From Rebecca billardiae RCC1528 (lineage: Eukaryota; Protista; Haptophyta): a stretch of DNA of 64,000 nucleotides. Where the stretch lies: assembly GCA_965240325.2 (NCBI GenBank), contig OZ251229.1:1364001-1428000 (forward strand), read 5' to 3'. The translations under genes and the position numbers were made by a program. Numbering within the stretch: position 1 is the stretch's first letter; each line of letters starts with the position of its first letter. Positions 44,207-55,957 of the stretch are shown here, one piece after another. Under the pieces are notes generated by a model that saw only the letters and a list, made by a program, of their open reading frames with translations, did no database searches and was not told the DNA's origin.

Positions 44207-45255
44207 CGGTTTACTAAGAATAAGAGACGCACACAGCTCAGGCAGGCGAGATTGACGCCCGCCAACTGTCGCCGCCCATGAAGCCGTCGCCGACAGATGG
44301 TAGCGCCGCCGGAAAAATTCGTTCAGCCGTACTTTGCTGGCCTGTTTTATTTCTACGAGAGCCCAACGGCGACATTCGTCGTCGCCAAAACTCGGTAAAA
44401 TGGCGGCTTTCGGCTCGCCCGGTGGTGGGTGCCGGCGCGATTGCGGAGTAGTGACGGCACGTCGTTGGCGCATGTTCGTACTAGGGCGCTGAGCTGTATC
44501 GATAGGTGTTGCCAAGGCATGCCGCTTGCTTCGCCATGACACAGAGGTCACTCGCAGCGCACGGCAGTGTGACGATCGCCGCGCCGCGGAGTGAGCAAGA
44601 CGCAGTTGCCGGGCGCGCTGCAAGCTGCAAGCACTCTGCCTTTTGGCTGCGTCGCGCCCGTGTCAGTTGGTGAACCAGGATTGTTGAACGACCGATGGCC
44701 TGCAAACGATACCAGCTCTACTCGCTCCGCCGCCACTTCCTTGTCGAGCGTGAGATGTTTCCGTTGCGTGCGCTCGCATGCAGCTTGCCGCCTGCCTTTG
44801 AACGTGGTCACGGCAGGTTGGTGGGCCGGTTGCTCAGGCCTCCTCGGCGTAGATGACGACAAGGTGCGTGGCACGCGCACCCATGACGCGCGTAAAGGCG
44901 TGCACACGCGTCCTCCCGCATCTAGCAGGCTGCAGTCTTGGCCAAGATGATGAGAACAAGCCTGCCAGTGCCTCGCCGCGCGGGCGCGAGCGCGCGGAGA
45001 GTTCTAGGATCCGACCCATGGTGTTGGGTGTACCTCGTGTGCGACAATGACGAGGCGGACGAGAGCCGCAACTGGATTCCTGCACTCACCGGTCACCGAG
45101 GAGTGCAGGAATCGCGTTCCTCGCGCACGTGGGGGCCGCCATCGGCCGAACTTTAAGAATAACGCGGCCTGTCGCCTAACGGGGAGAGCGGGCCCGGGGT
45201 AGGGCGTCAATCTCGCCTGCCTGAGCTGTGTGCGTCTCTTATTCTTAGTAAACTG
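44207..45255. mobile_element. Family T non-autonomous element (1049 bp, 54-bp TIRs, TA flanks)
   Basis: 44207-44260 is inverted at 45202-45255. TA lies on both sides. Confidence 0.88.
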
Positions 45256-45739
45256 TAGCGACTCGCGTGGGGCCATGCTGACGCAATCTGTCTCCGCCAG
45301 CGCAGCGGCGGATGAGCCGATGATGCCCGAACTACTGCCATGGTAAGCCGTACTGACTACTGTGCCATCGCGGGGCCGGTACCGATAACCGAGCGCCGAG
45401 TGACTAACGGTCATTTAACGTCCTGATGATGATTATTAATAACGCGTGTGTACTCGTAGTAGCAGAGTAATCTCAGTACACAGACCGCTAAGCTAGCGCT
45501 CGGTAGCTAATGATTAAAATTGTATTATTATCATAATAATAAATTATTCATTATAAATAATAAATGATCGACTTGACTGTTCCGATGATCATTAGAAGCA
45601 GACGGAGAGTTTATAGTACCGTAGTTTGTTGAGTTACCGAACTAATCAGCACGTTAGTTAGTTTATTACAAGCGAGTCAGAATCATATTCATTAGTAATA
45701 AGTAAATCATTTCGCACAGCATTTCAAATTATCCGTATG

Positions 45740-45900
45740 TAGTTCGTTCGACTAAGAGAAATAAGAGACTCACACAGCTCGACAGGCAGGCGAGATAACG
45801 TCAGATAACGAGATTGACGCCCCCGGCTGCAACTGTCACCGCCCATGAAGCCGTCGCCGATGGTCATGATCATGGTAGCGCCGTCGGAAGATTCGTCCAC
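45740..45900 (+). mobile_element. Decayed family T left end
   Basis: Aligns to 44207-44322 with many small insertions. Confidence 0.7.
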
Positions 45901-48059
45901 GGTCCAGCCGTCCGCCTGCGAGGCCTGGACTGAGGGCTGCGACCGCCACCTCGCGGCGCGCCAGCGCGGCCTGTCGTTGCTCGCCCCACCGTCGTCCACA
46001 AAACGTCGTCGTCCGAACTCTCCGACAAAGACCGACTGGGCGCTGATGCGACAGCGCGCCGACGGCGACTAAGACAAAGATGTATAGTAAGCTATGGGTC
46101 ACGTTGGAATCGGTGGAGCCCCACTGTCGGTTGGGGAAGGCCGTGTAATAAATTTATATATTATAAATGGTACACGTATCAAGCGGCGGCATTAATCACT
46201 GGGGTAGCATTACTAATATGAATCGACCCGGCCGATATGACTTCGAATATAATAATTTATTCGATCTGCGCGGCGCCCGACCGCAGCCTCACAGGCTCAC
46301 AGTCACAAGATCTCGGGGTGCCCGAGCAGCCTCGGAGCCGGCGCAGCCTACGGAGGCTAGAGTGCGCAGCCAGCCCGGGGCCGGGGCGGCGGCAGCCACA
46401 AAATCATCACAATCCGTCAATGATCGATGATTGATCGCCGCCGCGGCGGGGCGGCGGCCCGCCGCCCCGAGCTGCCGGGACTAGCCGCCCGCGGCATAAG
46501 ACCGTCCGGACACTTGTAGTATATATACATATGATACATATATATCGGAATATTATATTGCATGTCCGAGGATGAGACGTCGGAGTCAGCGCCGGCGGGC
46601 GGCGGACCAGCGGATCGCCGGCCCGTGATCCAGACAGACGGACAGTGGTGCCATCGCACATAGCTACTCATGAGTCTTATTCTGGTGAACACAGCTTTAA
46701 ACAATTTTAATTCGTGACAAAGCCCTGGGAGACCCAGCTCCGACCCCCTTTAATTGTGTGTCCAATACTGCTGTCCAAAGTAATACCGGTGTAGGAATAC
46801 GAAGAATGGCGCCTCAAACGTTTTTTGATTAGGCACGCCTCGGGAATCGAGAACGCATGTCGTTACCTTTTTGAGCGCGCGCCATAGGGATGTCGTTGCG
46901 ATTCCCACCTATTTGTTGACGCTTTTCTACGACCATCCGCTCCCCAGGCAAGTCGAGGAACCGCGACGCACGAGTGCGTTCGCCGCCGCGCCGCGTGCGC
47001 TCGGCACACACGATGGAGTATGACTCCGGACGAGCGCGCGCTGCTGCAGGAGGCGAATAAGGCCGCGCGCGACACGCAGATAGCGCTCAGCCGGCGTGGC
47101 TCGACGACGCTGCCGGCACTCGCGCTCGCACACATGCGCGCGACGAGGATCAGCTGTCCGCGGGCCTCCGCCGAACCCAGCGCCAGATGCCATCGTCGGC
47201 GTCGCGAGGAACTGCGCCAATCTGGCGGAGATCCAGCGGCACGTGGCGGCGATCAAGCAGCCGCAACCGCATCAGATGACGTGCACGAACGGGCTCATGG
47301 AGAAGCTCGTACCACAAGCCTACCATAAGCCACCCGCTCGCCGACTTGCCCGACCGTACTACTCGCCCTGGCTCGTCCGTCACCCGCGCCGCCCGCGGCT
47401 CGCGGCGCCATCGCGGAGGTGCGTGCCCGCCGGCGCGAGCTGCACAACACAACATGCACACCGACGCGAGCCGTTGTACCACGTCGTGCCCGACGGGCCG
47501 TGCTCAGCGACGGCTGCAGGAGTCTACGCTGGCCGAGTCGGTTGTGCCCTGCGGCCTGCCGGCCTGCGCCGCTCGCCCCGCGCCTGCAGTCGCCCCGCGC
47601 CTGCAGACCGGTGGGCCATCCGCGGTGCGTGCCGTTGCCGTGCCGTCGTGCCCGAGCAGCCGAGCGCAGCGACGACTGCATCGACGGCCTCGCCGTGCGC
47701 CTCGGTGGGCCTTGCAGAACTGCAGAAGTGCCGCGCTGCCGCGCCTGGCTTAATCGCACGCGCGACGGACCGGATGATACCGTTCTACAGCGCTGAACTA
47801 CGGCCAACTTGTCCCATCGTCGTCGGGTCTGCCGGCCATGGGAAGCTTCTCCGTCGCGTCCTAGACGCGCTGTGTTCGACCAGCCCCACCGGGACAAGGC
47901 CGCCAGGCCCCCGCTGTTTTTCAACTTGCGTTTGTCAGCTTGCAAGGTGGTGGGCTGCGGTCAGCTGCGCTGGCGTCGGGGCGGTCGGGGGCACGGCCGG
48001 CGAAACACGTTCAGGATGCCATTGCGCGTACGAAATGGGCAGTGTGGTCGAGACACGCG

Positions 48060-48905
48060 TCATGATGCGCGCTGGAGCCAGGTGCTGTACGCGGCGCCAA
48101 GGCCGAGGGCGAACACGTGGGCGATCACCACGCCGGCACTGGGGCCTCCGTTCTCGGCGACAGCGAGCACGGCCTGGAGCAGGCATGCCCACGGGGCGGC
48201 GAGCTGGACGCCGTACACGTTGAAGATGAGCGCTGGCTCACGGACTGCCGTCGCTGCCACCCAGCTCAGACGAGCCGCGGTCGATGAGACGCGCGCCGCG
48301 CCACGGTCATCAAAGATGCGTGTGGCGACCCAGTGCGCCAGCACACCCGAGCCGACAAAGAGGGAGAGTGCGCCCGCGACGGTGGCCGGCGCCCGCTGCA
48401 CGACGCTGGAGCAGGAGAGGAACGTCAGCACGGAGACGACGAGGCCCATCAGCGTCGTCTGAGCGAATGGCGCGAGCAGAAAGCTCGGTAGCCTCGCGTA
48501 GCCCGTGTGCGGCGGGATGAAGAATCGGAACGCGAGTCCGGGCGCGGTGCTGAACGCGAGGAAGGAGAGCGAGGAGGTGACGACGAAGACGATCGCTGAG
48601 AGCTCGGCGCGGGGCCAACGCACCCACGTGGCGAGGAGCCCGATGTGCGTCACCTCGGGCCGCTTCGAGTGCCACCGCACTGTGAGGAAGAAGGCATCTG
48701 ACACGCCTCGCAGCGCATCGGCACGCGAGTCGAGCGGGCGCACGGGCTGCTGCAGGTGGTCCTTGAGCCGACGAGGCCAGTCGCTGAAGGTGTGCTTCGT
48801 CGAGAGTGTCTCCGCTCCCGGACGGGTCTGGTGCATGATCCCCAACGCCACCGCCACCGCCGCCCACACCCATGCGCTCGACTCGTCGCCGTGTCGTCTC
48901 GCCAT
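48060..48905 (-). CDS. Multi-pass membrane protein of unknown function
   Basis: 281-aa ORF with several hydrophobic helices, divergent from the SPX-PRS gene. Confidence 0.6.
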   Translation of the reverse strand: MARRHGDESSAWVWAAVAVALGIMHQTRPGAETLSTKHTFSDWPRRLKDHLQQPVRPLDSRADALRGVSDAFFLTVRWHSKRPEVTHIGLLATWVRWPRAELSAIVFVVTSSLSFLAFSTAPGLAFRFFIPPHTGYARLPSFLLAPFAQTTLMGLVVSVLTFLSCSSVVQRAPATVAGALSLFVGSGVLAHWVATRIFDDRGAARVSSTAARLSWVAATAVREPALIFNVYGVQLAAPWACLLQAVLAVAENGGPSAGVVIAHVFALGLGAAYSTWLQRAS

Positions 48906-49084
48906 CGTGCCGAAGAGCACGCGATATTCGCGCGTGTTGTTTTTCAAAAAATACTGTCTTACGTGGCCAGCATTTTCTTTCGTCAGCGTGCGTGGGTCCC
49001 GGACGGTCTCGGTCTCGTCAGGCCACGGCTCACCGCGCGGGCGCCGACGACGCTGGGTCGCGTGGACGTCAGCTGTCAGCCGCG

Positions 49085-51002
49085 ATGTCGACGGCGCACG
49101 CAGGGATGGACCCCCCGGCCAACCGTCTGAAGCCGACGGACAGCATGCGCACCTCGTACGCGCGCGCCGAGGGCCTCGACAAGTTCGCCAAGGAGCTGCA
49201 GTCGTACGTGCAGCCCGGGTGGGAGGATGGGTACATTGACTACCTCAAGCTCAAGATGATCCTGAAGGAGCACGGCGGCGACAAGCTGGACGACGGGCAG
49301 CGCGCGAACTTGGACAAGGACGCGCTCGACGCCGAGTTCTTTCCCGTCCTCGAGGCCGAGCTCGACAAGGTCAACGAGGCGTTCGTGCAGAAGTGCGATC
49401 GGTTCGAGGCAGTCGTGCATGGGTACAAGCCGCTCGGGCCGTCAGAGACGAAGAGCATCTCCGACGTGGAGTCGGAGGGCGGCGGGCAGCCCGCGCCGCC
49501 CATCGGCGCAGACGACTTCTGGACCGCCTTCAAGGACCTCGGCAAGATGACCACGTACGTGTGGATCAACCGGCAGGGCTTCTTCAAGATCATGAAGAAG
49601 TACGACAAGGTGTGCGGCCTGCTCGGCACAGGGCGTGAGCTGGGGCCGGAGTTCGAGCGGCGGCTGGACCACGAGGTGTTCACGGGCCCGCGGCTCGAGA
49701 CGCTCATCGAGCTGTACAAGAACAAGAAGCCACCGAGCACCAGTGCGCGCGCGCGCGCCCGACGGCGCCGCGCGCGCGGGCGGCGCCGCGCGCGCGGGCG
49801 GCGCGCCCCGGCCGCCCCACGCGCCTGCCTGCCTCACACCGCGCGCCGGCCGGCGGCGTCGTGCGCTGCGCGCGTGCCGCGCGCAGGCCACGGCTTCACG
49901 CCCGAGATGAAGCTGGTCGCGGGCACGGCGAACCCCGAGCTCGCGCAGGAGATCTCCGCGCGGCTGGGCGTGCCGTTGATGCCGGTCAAGATTGGCAACT
50001 TCAACGACGGCGAGGTCGCGATCCAGCTCCTCGAGAACGTGCGCAACTCGGAGGTGTACATCATCCAGCCGACGTCCACGCCGGTCAACGACAACCTGAT
50101 GCAGCTGCTGCTGCTCGTGAGCGCGTGCCGCCGCGCGTCGGCCGCGCGGGTCATCGCCATTGTGCCGTACTACGGGTACGCGCGGCAAGACCGCAAGGAG
50201 CGCTCGCGCGTGCCCATCTCGGCGGCGGACGTCGCCCGGTTGATGGAGGCGATGGGGGTGGACCGGGTGTGCTGCGTCGACCTGCACTGCGGCCAGATCC
50301 AGGGCTTCTTCGGCCCGCGCACGCCAGTGGACAACCTGTGGGCTTCGACCATCGCGCTGCACTACTTCAAGAGCAAGGTCGAGCAAGGCTCCGTCGTCGT
50401 CGTCTCGCCCGACGCAGGCGGCGTCGCGCGCGCCAAGCTGTTCAAGGACGGCTTGGACGCGGTCGGGCTCAAGCCCGCGCTCGCTGTGATCATCAAGCAG
50501 CGGGTGAAGGCGGGCGAGGTGGGGCAGACCGACCTGGTGGGCTCGGTGGAGAACTGCGACGCGATCATCGTCGACGACATGATCGACACGGCGGGCACCC
50601 TCTGCGCCGCTGCCAACGAGCTCAAGCAGTTTGGCGCCAAGCGCGTGTTCGCGTTCGCCACGCACGGCCTCTTCAACAACCCGGCGGCGGAGCGGATCGA
50701 GAAGAGCGCGCTTGAGGAGGTGGTGACGGCCAACACGATCCCGCTGCGCGACGAGGTGGTGATGACCACCAAGAAGATCCGGCAGGTGCGGCGCGCGGGG
50801 GCGGCCGCGCCCGCCCCCAGTGCGCAGCCACGCGCGCGCGCAGCCGTCACCTGAGTGCCCGCCGTGCGCGCGCTCCGTGCACGGCGCTGCGCAGCTGTCC
50901 GTCGGCAAGCTGCTCGCCGAGGCCATGCTCTCGATACACACGGGGAAGAGCGTCTCGCAGCTGTTTGACTTGCAGAAAGCGCTCGAGCGCGTGTCCGGCT
51001 GA
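49085..51002 (+). CDS. SPX domain-ribose-phosphate pyrophosphokinase (PRPP synthetase) fusion, ~554 aa; exons 49085-49742, 49887-50785, 50895-51002
   Basis: SPX motifs: KFAKEL...W..GYIDYLKLK, FF..L..ELDKVN.AF, IN..GF.KIMKKYDK. PRS motifs: FNDGE, PYYGYARQDRK, DLHCGQIQGFF, VSPDAGG, VDDMIDTAGT, ATHGLF, SVSQLF. Confidence 0.92.
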
Positions 51003-51233
51003 GCGGATGGCACGCGCCGCCCGTCCCGCGCAACTAGACCTAGTACAAGTGCTGCTCATTCTGATTCTGCGCGGATGGCTCGAATAGCAGGGAGCGGCTG
51101 CTCGGCGCTCCGAGGGTACCCGTGTCCGTGACGTGCGCGAGGCAGTGCCTCAGAGACTACCGTTGCTGACGAGCAGGCACGGGAGTGCTGCCCGGCGGTG
51201 CGGCTAAACGCCCGCCGACTCCGACGTACTGTA

Positions 51234-51278
51234 TCTCGCCTGCCTGAGCTGTGTGCGTCTCTTATTCTTAGTAAACTG
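51234..51278 (-). mobile_element. Solo TIR of family T
   Basis: TA-TCTCGCC...GTAAACTG-TA, a perfect match to the TIR. Confidence 0.8.
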
Positions 51279-51375
51279 TACGCCGGCTTCCGCCCCCGGA
51301 GGCCCGGACAGCCCCGGTCAAGATAATTAATAATCGAGTTTATTCGCATCAAGTTTGGCCAGCAGGCGCGTGTGA

Positions 51376-51915
51376 ATGGCGCCCAGGCTGCGCCCCAGGC
51401 CGTCGAAGCTGCCGCCACAGCCTAGCCTCGCCGCCGAGCTCGAGGCGCATGTAGCTGCCGCCCCTTCAGAGGATGTGACGGGCTCAGACGACGATGACGA
51501 GGTCAAGGAACGGCGCAAACTCGCTGTCTTGCTGCCAAAGGTGGAAGACTCGGCGGTGCGCGGCTTCCGGCGCCTGGTGGCGACGTGCCACCGCTCGGGC
51601 ATCACCGAGGTGATCGTCACCGATCATCCGTCATATGGGTTGAGTCTGGGCGTCAGCGCCCACAATGGCCCCAAGCGCGCCAAGGTGGATAGCGTCGAGC
51701 TTGCGGGTGGCACAAAGTGTGACGTCGACTTCGTCTACGCAGACGTGACGTGGCCGTGGTTCGTCAAGATGTGGGCGCGAGCTGAGGGGCCAGCGAGCGG
51801 GGTGCGCTGCATTGTCTTCGCCAACGGCTTAGGTGACATGCTCGACCTGACCACCGGGGAGGCGCCGCCAGACGACTCCATTACGATCCCTGGCTTCTTT
51901 GAGGACGACGACTAG
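51376..51915 (+). CDS. Hypothetical protein, 179 aa
   Basis: ATG-started ORF with non-repetitive, globular-looking sequence and an acidic FFEDDD tail. Confidence 0.55.
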   Translation: MAPRLRPRPSKLPPQPSLAAELEAHVAAAPSEDVTGSDDDDEVKERRKLAVLLPKVEDSAVRGFRRLVATCHRSGITEVIVTDHPSYGLSLGVSAHNGPKRAKVDSVELAGGTKCDVDFVYADVTWPWFVKMWARAEGPASGVRCIVFANGLGDMLDLTTGEAPPDDSITIPGFFEDDD

Positions 51916-52362
51916 CGCTGGTCACACGTTGACGCCGGAGGACGATCAAGACGGGTGGCGCGGAAGGCCCGCGCCCGCTGTGACTGTGAGTGTGATTGAT
52001 GGATCCGCCTTATCCGCGTCCGCCGCCGATCGCATTCGCCGGCGGGCCAGGGTACAATGATACATGACGATACAATAATGACGGGACTACGATAGTTGGC
52101 TCTGATACATTTGAAATAACATTATTATCACATTTACGTCATATGCATCACTCATCATGATTCAGCATGCACCTCGGCTCCGACGGCGCGATGCTCGGCG
52201 CCGGCGCGCCCTTCCGCCTTGGATTGTGCAGACAGATGCCGGCGGGGTCGCGTCGCGCTGCCGTGCCGGACGACCGCCGGAACGCTCTCACCTCCATCAC
52301 TCAGGCACACGTGCTGCCTCTGGCCCCGCGACGGGTGGCATTGAGGCGATGCGAGCGGGCGA

Positions 52363-55300
52363 TCACACCATGTCTGCCCGCAAGTACACCGCCGGCTCGA
52401 CGGCCGTGCCAGCTGGCAGCGGGCTCGCCGCGATCGCGGAGGGCGAGAAGACGCCAAGCCCGGCGTCGAGCGAGAGCGAGCGCTGCCGCTTGACGGGCGT
52501 CGCGGGCAGGATGCCGCCCGCGGGGAAGCAGAGCAGGTCGAACTCGTCGTCGTGCGCACTCGTCGGCGCCGCCCCGGAGAAGAAGGAGTCCTGCGCGCAG
52601 CAGCGGGCGGCGCGTGCGCGGGGAGGGCGGTGAGCGCGGGGCCACCGAGGCGCGAGAAGGCGCCGGCAGCTGTGCGGGCGGGGCGCGTGCGCGTGCGCGG
52701 GTGCGAGCGTGTGAGCGCGGCGGCGCGGCGCCCACCTGCCACGCCACAGATGCCTTGGTGCACGGCTCGTCGGATGGCCAGTCGGGCGCGCCGACATACT
52801 CGCCAAGCCGGCTGTGGCCGCAGGCGGCGCGGCGCGGCGCGAGCGGGCGGTCGGCCGGGCGCGTCAGCCGAGGCGTCGCCGGGGCCGGAGGGGCGGCGCA
52901 CGGGCGCGCGCACGGCGGGCGGCGCGCACAGTTGGTTGTTGCGCTGGTGCTCGGCCTCGATCGCGATCACCTGCGACGCCTTGAGCCGCGCGTGCGAGCG
53001 TGCGGGCGCGGGCGCGGCGGCTGCCCTCGCGTCGGCGGGCGCGTCTGCTGCGGGTGCATCCGCGCCGCGCGCGGGCTTGCCCTCCGCCGCGCCGCGCGCC
53101 GCCTTGACCGCGTTCTCCTTGTCCGCCACGCGCCGGCCGGAGGAGGCGGCGGGCTTGGCCTCGGCCACCGGCTCGAGGCACTCGCGCAGCAGCTCGTCCG
53201 CGCGCAAGTCGAGCTCCTCCTCGGGCGCGGCGGCCATCTCGACGTCGTCGGTGCGCATGGGGGCCGCGCCCGCGCCGAGGCCCACGCCCGCGCGCGCGAG
53301 GCTGCGCTGGAGCGCGGCTGCCGCCGCCGCCGCAGCCGCCCGCTGCGAGCGCATCGGCGGCACGCCGTCCATCGCGCGCCGGTCGGCGCGCGTGCGCGGC
53401 GCGGGCGCGCCCTGCTCGACGTGCAGCCCGCTCAGCCGCGAGCGGATCCCGGCGGTGACGGAGGCGGTCGACGCGTCCGAGTCGACGGAGGTGATTCGCT
53501 TGAGCGGGGACATGCCCGGGCTGAGGCCCGACGGCGCGTTCGGCGCCGCGGTCGGCGGCGAGGTGAGCGGCGACGAGTTGTCGTTGCCGCGCATCGGCGA
53601 GCACGGCATGCGCATGGCGGGGCGCGCGCCGACAACGGCCGCCGTCGACGCCGGCATCGGGTCGTCGCTGCCGAAGAGCGTGCGCGGGCAGCCTGCGCGA
53701 GGGCGCTCGGCGGGGCGCTCGGCGGCCGCGATCGACGCGCCGCGCGCCGCCTCGCCGTCGGCCTCGGCGCCCATCAGGCTCTTACTCGCCACGGCGGGCG
53801 GCTGCATCTTGGTCGCGGTCGGCGGCGTCGGCGGCGGCATGGCGCCGACCGAGGCGCGCTCGGTGCGCGCGGCCGAGAGGGAGAGCGCGGCGCGCGTGCA
53901 CTCGTGCCGCTTGCGCTTCTGCGCGGAGAGCGGCGACGCGGCGAGCAGCTGCGTCACGTGCTCCGTGTTCAACCGCCCCTTCGACGGCGAGAGCAGCGCC
54001 TCCTCGGGGCTGAGCAGCGAGCCCTCGGCCCCAAACGAGTTCATGAGCGCCTCAATGTCGCTCGAGCCGTTGAGCACCGACTGGAAGAGGTCCTCGTCGG
54101 CGGGGCTGAGCAGCCCGGCGACCGGCACGCACACGGAGGGCGGCACGGCAAAGTCGGGCAGCACGGTCGGGCCACTCGGCGCCGTGGGCTTGGACGGCCG
54201 CGCCTGCTGCGCCGGCTGCGGCTGCGCCGGCTTGGGCTGCGCCGGCTTGGGCTGCGCCGGCTTGGGCGCCTTGGGCTGCTTGGAGGCCTTCGGCTGCGGC
54301 TGCGCGGCGGGCTGCGGCTGGGCGGGCTGCGGCTGCGGCTGCGCGGCGGGCTGCGGCTGCGCGGCGGGCGGCTTCGCCTTGGGCTTGGGCTGCGCGCTCG
54401 GCTTCGCGCCTGGCTGCAGGCCGATGGGCAGCAGCTGCGCGCGGACGGGCTCGGCCGCGGCTGCGTGTGCGTGTGCGGGCGAGCCCGCCATCATGCCCAA
54501 CGCGGTCGGGTGCGCCGTCACGGGCGAGTGCAGATCCTCCGCGCGCTCCGCGACGCCGACAGCGCGCTTCTCGGCAGAGCCGGGCAGCGAGCTGCCGATG
54601 GGGAGCCCCTCGATCGGCATGGCAGGCACGGGCGCGACCGCCTCGGTGTCCATGCCGGCAAGCTGGCGCACGGCACGCGCCTCTGCGCGGCAGGGTGGCG
54701 CACGTGGGGCTTGCGCGTGTCAGCGCGCGCGAGGCGGTGCGGGCGGCGCGCAGGCGCACGGCGACGCGCGCACTCGTGGCGGACGCCTGGTTCTGCTTGT
54801 GCGGCGCCGCCTTCTTCGCGCTCGCCCGCCGCTCGGCGCGCGAGCGGCCATCGCCGATCGGCTGCGATGCGGCGACGAGGTGGTCTGGGTGGCAGCTGCC
54901 CTCGACGAGCGGCTCGAGCTCGTGCTGCTTCTGGAGCTTGCGCCGGATGGACGAGTTCCAGTGGTTCTTGATCGCGTTGTCCGTGCGGCCGGGCAGCCGC
55001 TTCGCGATCTCCGCCCAGCGGTTGCCCAGCTCGCGGTGCGCGGACAGGATGGTGACGTCCTCGTGCTCCGTCCACGCCTCCTTGCGGATCTCCGGGTTCA
55101 GGTGGTTGTGCCAGCGCTCGCGGCACTGCTTGCCGATGCGCCCGGGCAGGTGCGAGGCGATCAGCGACCACTTCTTCGCGCCGTGCAGCTTCACGAGGCT
55201 CAGCACCGTCTCGTCCTCCTGCGCGCGCGCGGGCGCGAGCGTGCGCGCGCGGTGCGCGCGCGAGCCGAGTCGGTTACTGCCTCTGCGATGCGATGCGCGC

Positions 55301-55957
55301 GGCGCGCGCGGACGTGGGCCGAGGCGGGCGGGCTAGCGGCGCACCTCGGTCGTCCACGGGCCCTTGACCAACTCAGGGTTGAGCACCTTCGACCAGCGGT
55401 GCGAGCACTGCATCTCCGTCCGCTCCGAGAAGTGCGCCGAGACCGCGCTCCAGTCGACGCTCTCGTCGTCAAACTCGTCCGAGCCCGCGTGCGAGCGCTG
55501 CTGCTCGATGAGCTCACGCAGCTTCTCGTCCTGCGCGCGGGCGCGGGCGCGGGCGGGAGGCGGCGGGCGCGGGCGAGCGGTGAGCACCGACCTCGCGCAG
55601 CGCGGCCGCTGCCCAGGCCGGCGCCCCGTGCTCGCGGCTCTGGCCGCGGGAGCGAGGGCGCGCACCTCCACTGGAGTCCAGGGCTTGTGCCCCGGGCGCT
55701 TCTTCGACTTGCCCGGCGCCTTGAAGGTGATGGGGTCCGTGGCGAGCTCGGTGGGCGGAGAGGCCGTGCTGCGCGAGTCGGCGCGCGCGCACGCGCACGC
55801 GGCGCACGTGCCGGTCGTCAGAGCGGGCTGGCTCGTGCGGCGCGCATCGCGCGCACGCGGGCTAGATTGCATGCTGCGCCCACCTCAGGTCGAACTCGTC
55901 GTTGAACGCGTCGAAGAGCGGGTCGGCGAAGTCGTCGGCCGCGGTGGGCCTGCGCAT
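52363..55957 (-). CDS. R1R2R3 (3R) MYB transcription factor; exons ~55957-55884, 55768-55666, 55530-55345, 55218-54787, 54662-52930, 52811-52736, 52590-52363
   Basis: Three Myb repeats (PWTPVE/DEKL; CSHRWSKVLNPELVKGPWT; GRIGKQCRERWHNHLNP; GRTDNAIKNHWNS). The introns keep phase; one has a GC donor. Confidence 0.9.
54205..54400 (-). repeat. AQPQP/AQPKP coding repeats in the MYB gene
   Basis: Repeated Pro/Gln/Lys pentapeptides in the translation. Confidence 0.8.

Noticed and set aside
47020-47340. Small possibly spliced gene (MTPDERALLQEANK...)
   Set aside because: It is coding-like but short, with no motif and no reliable gene model.
52552-55905. 1117-aa plus-strand ORF and similar Ala/Arg/Pro-rich ORFs
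   Set aside because: These are antisense or alternative frames of real genes and carry no motifs.
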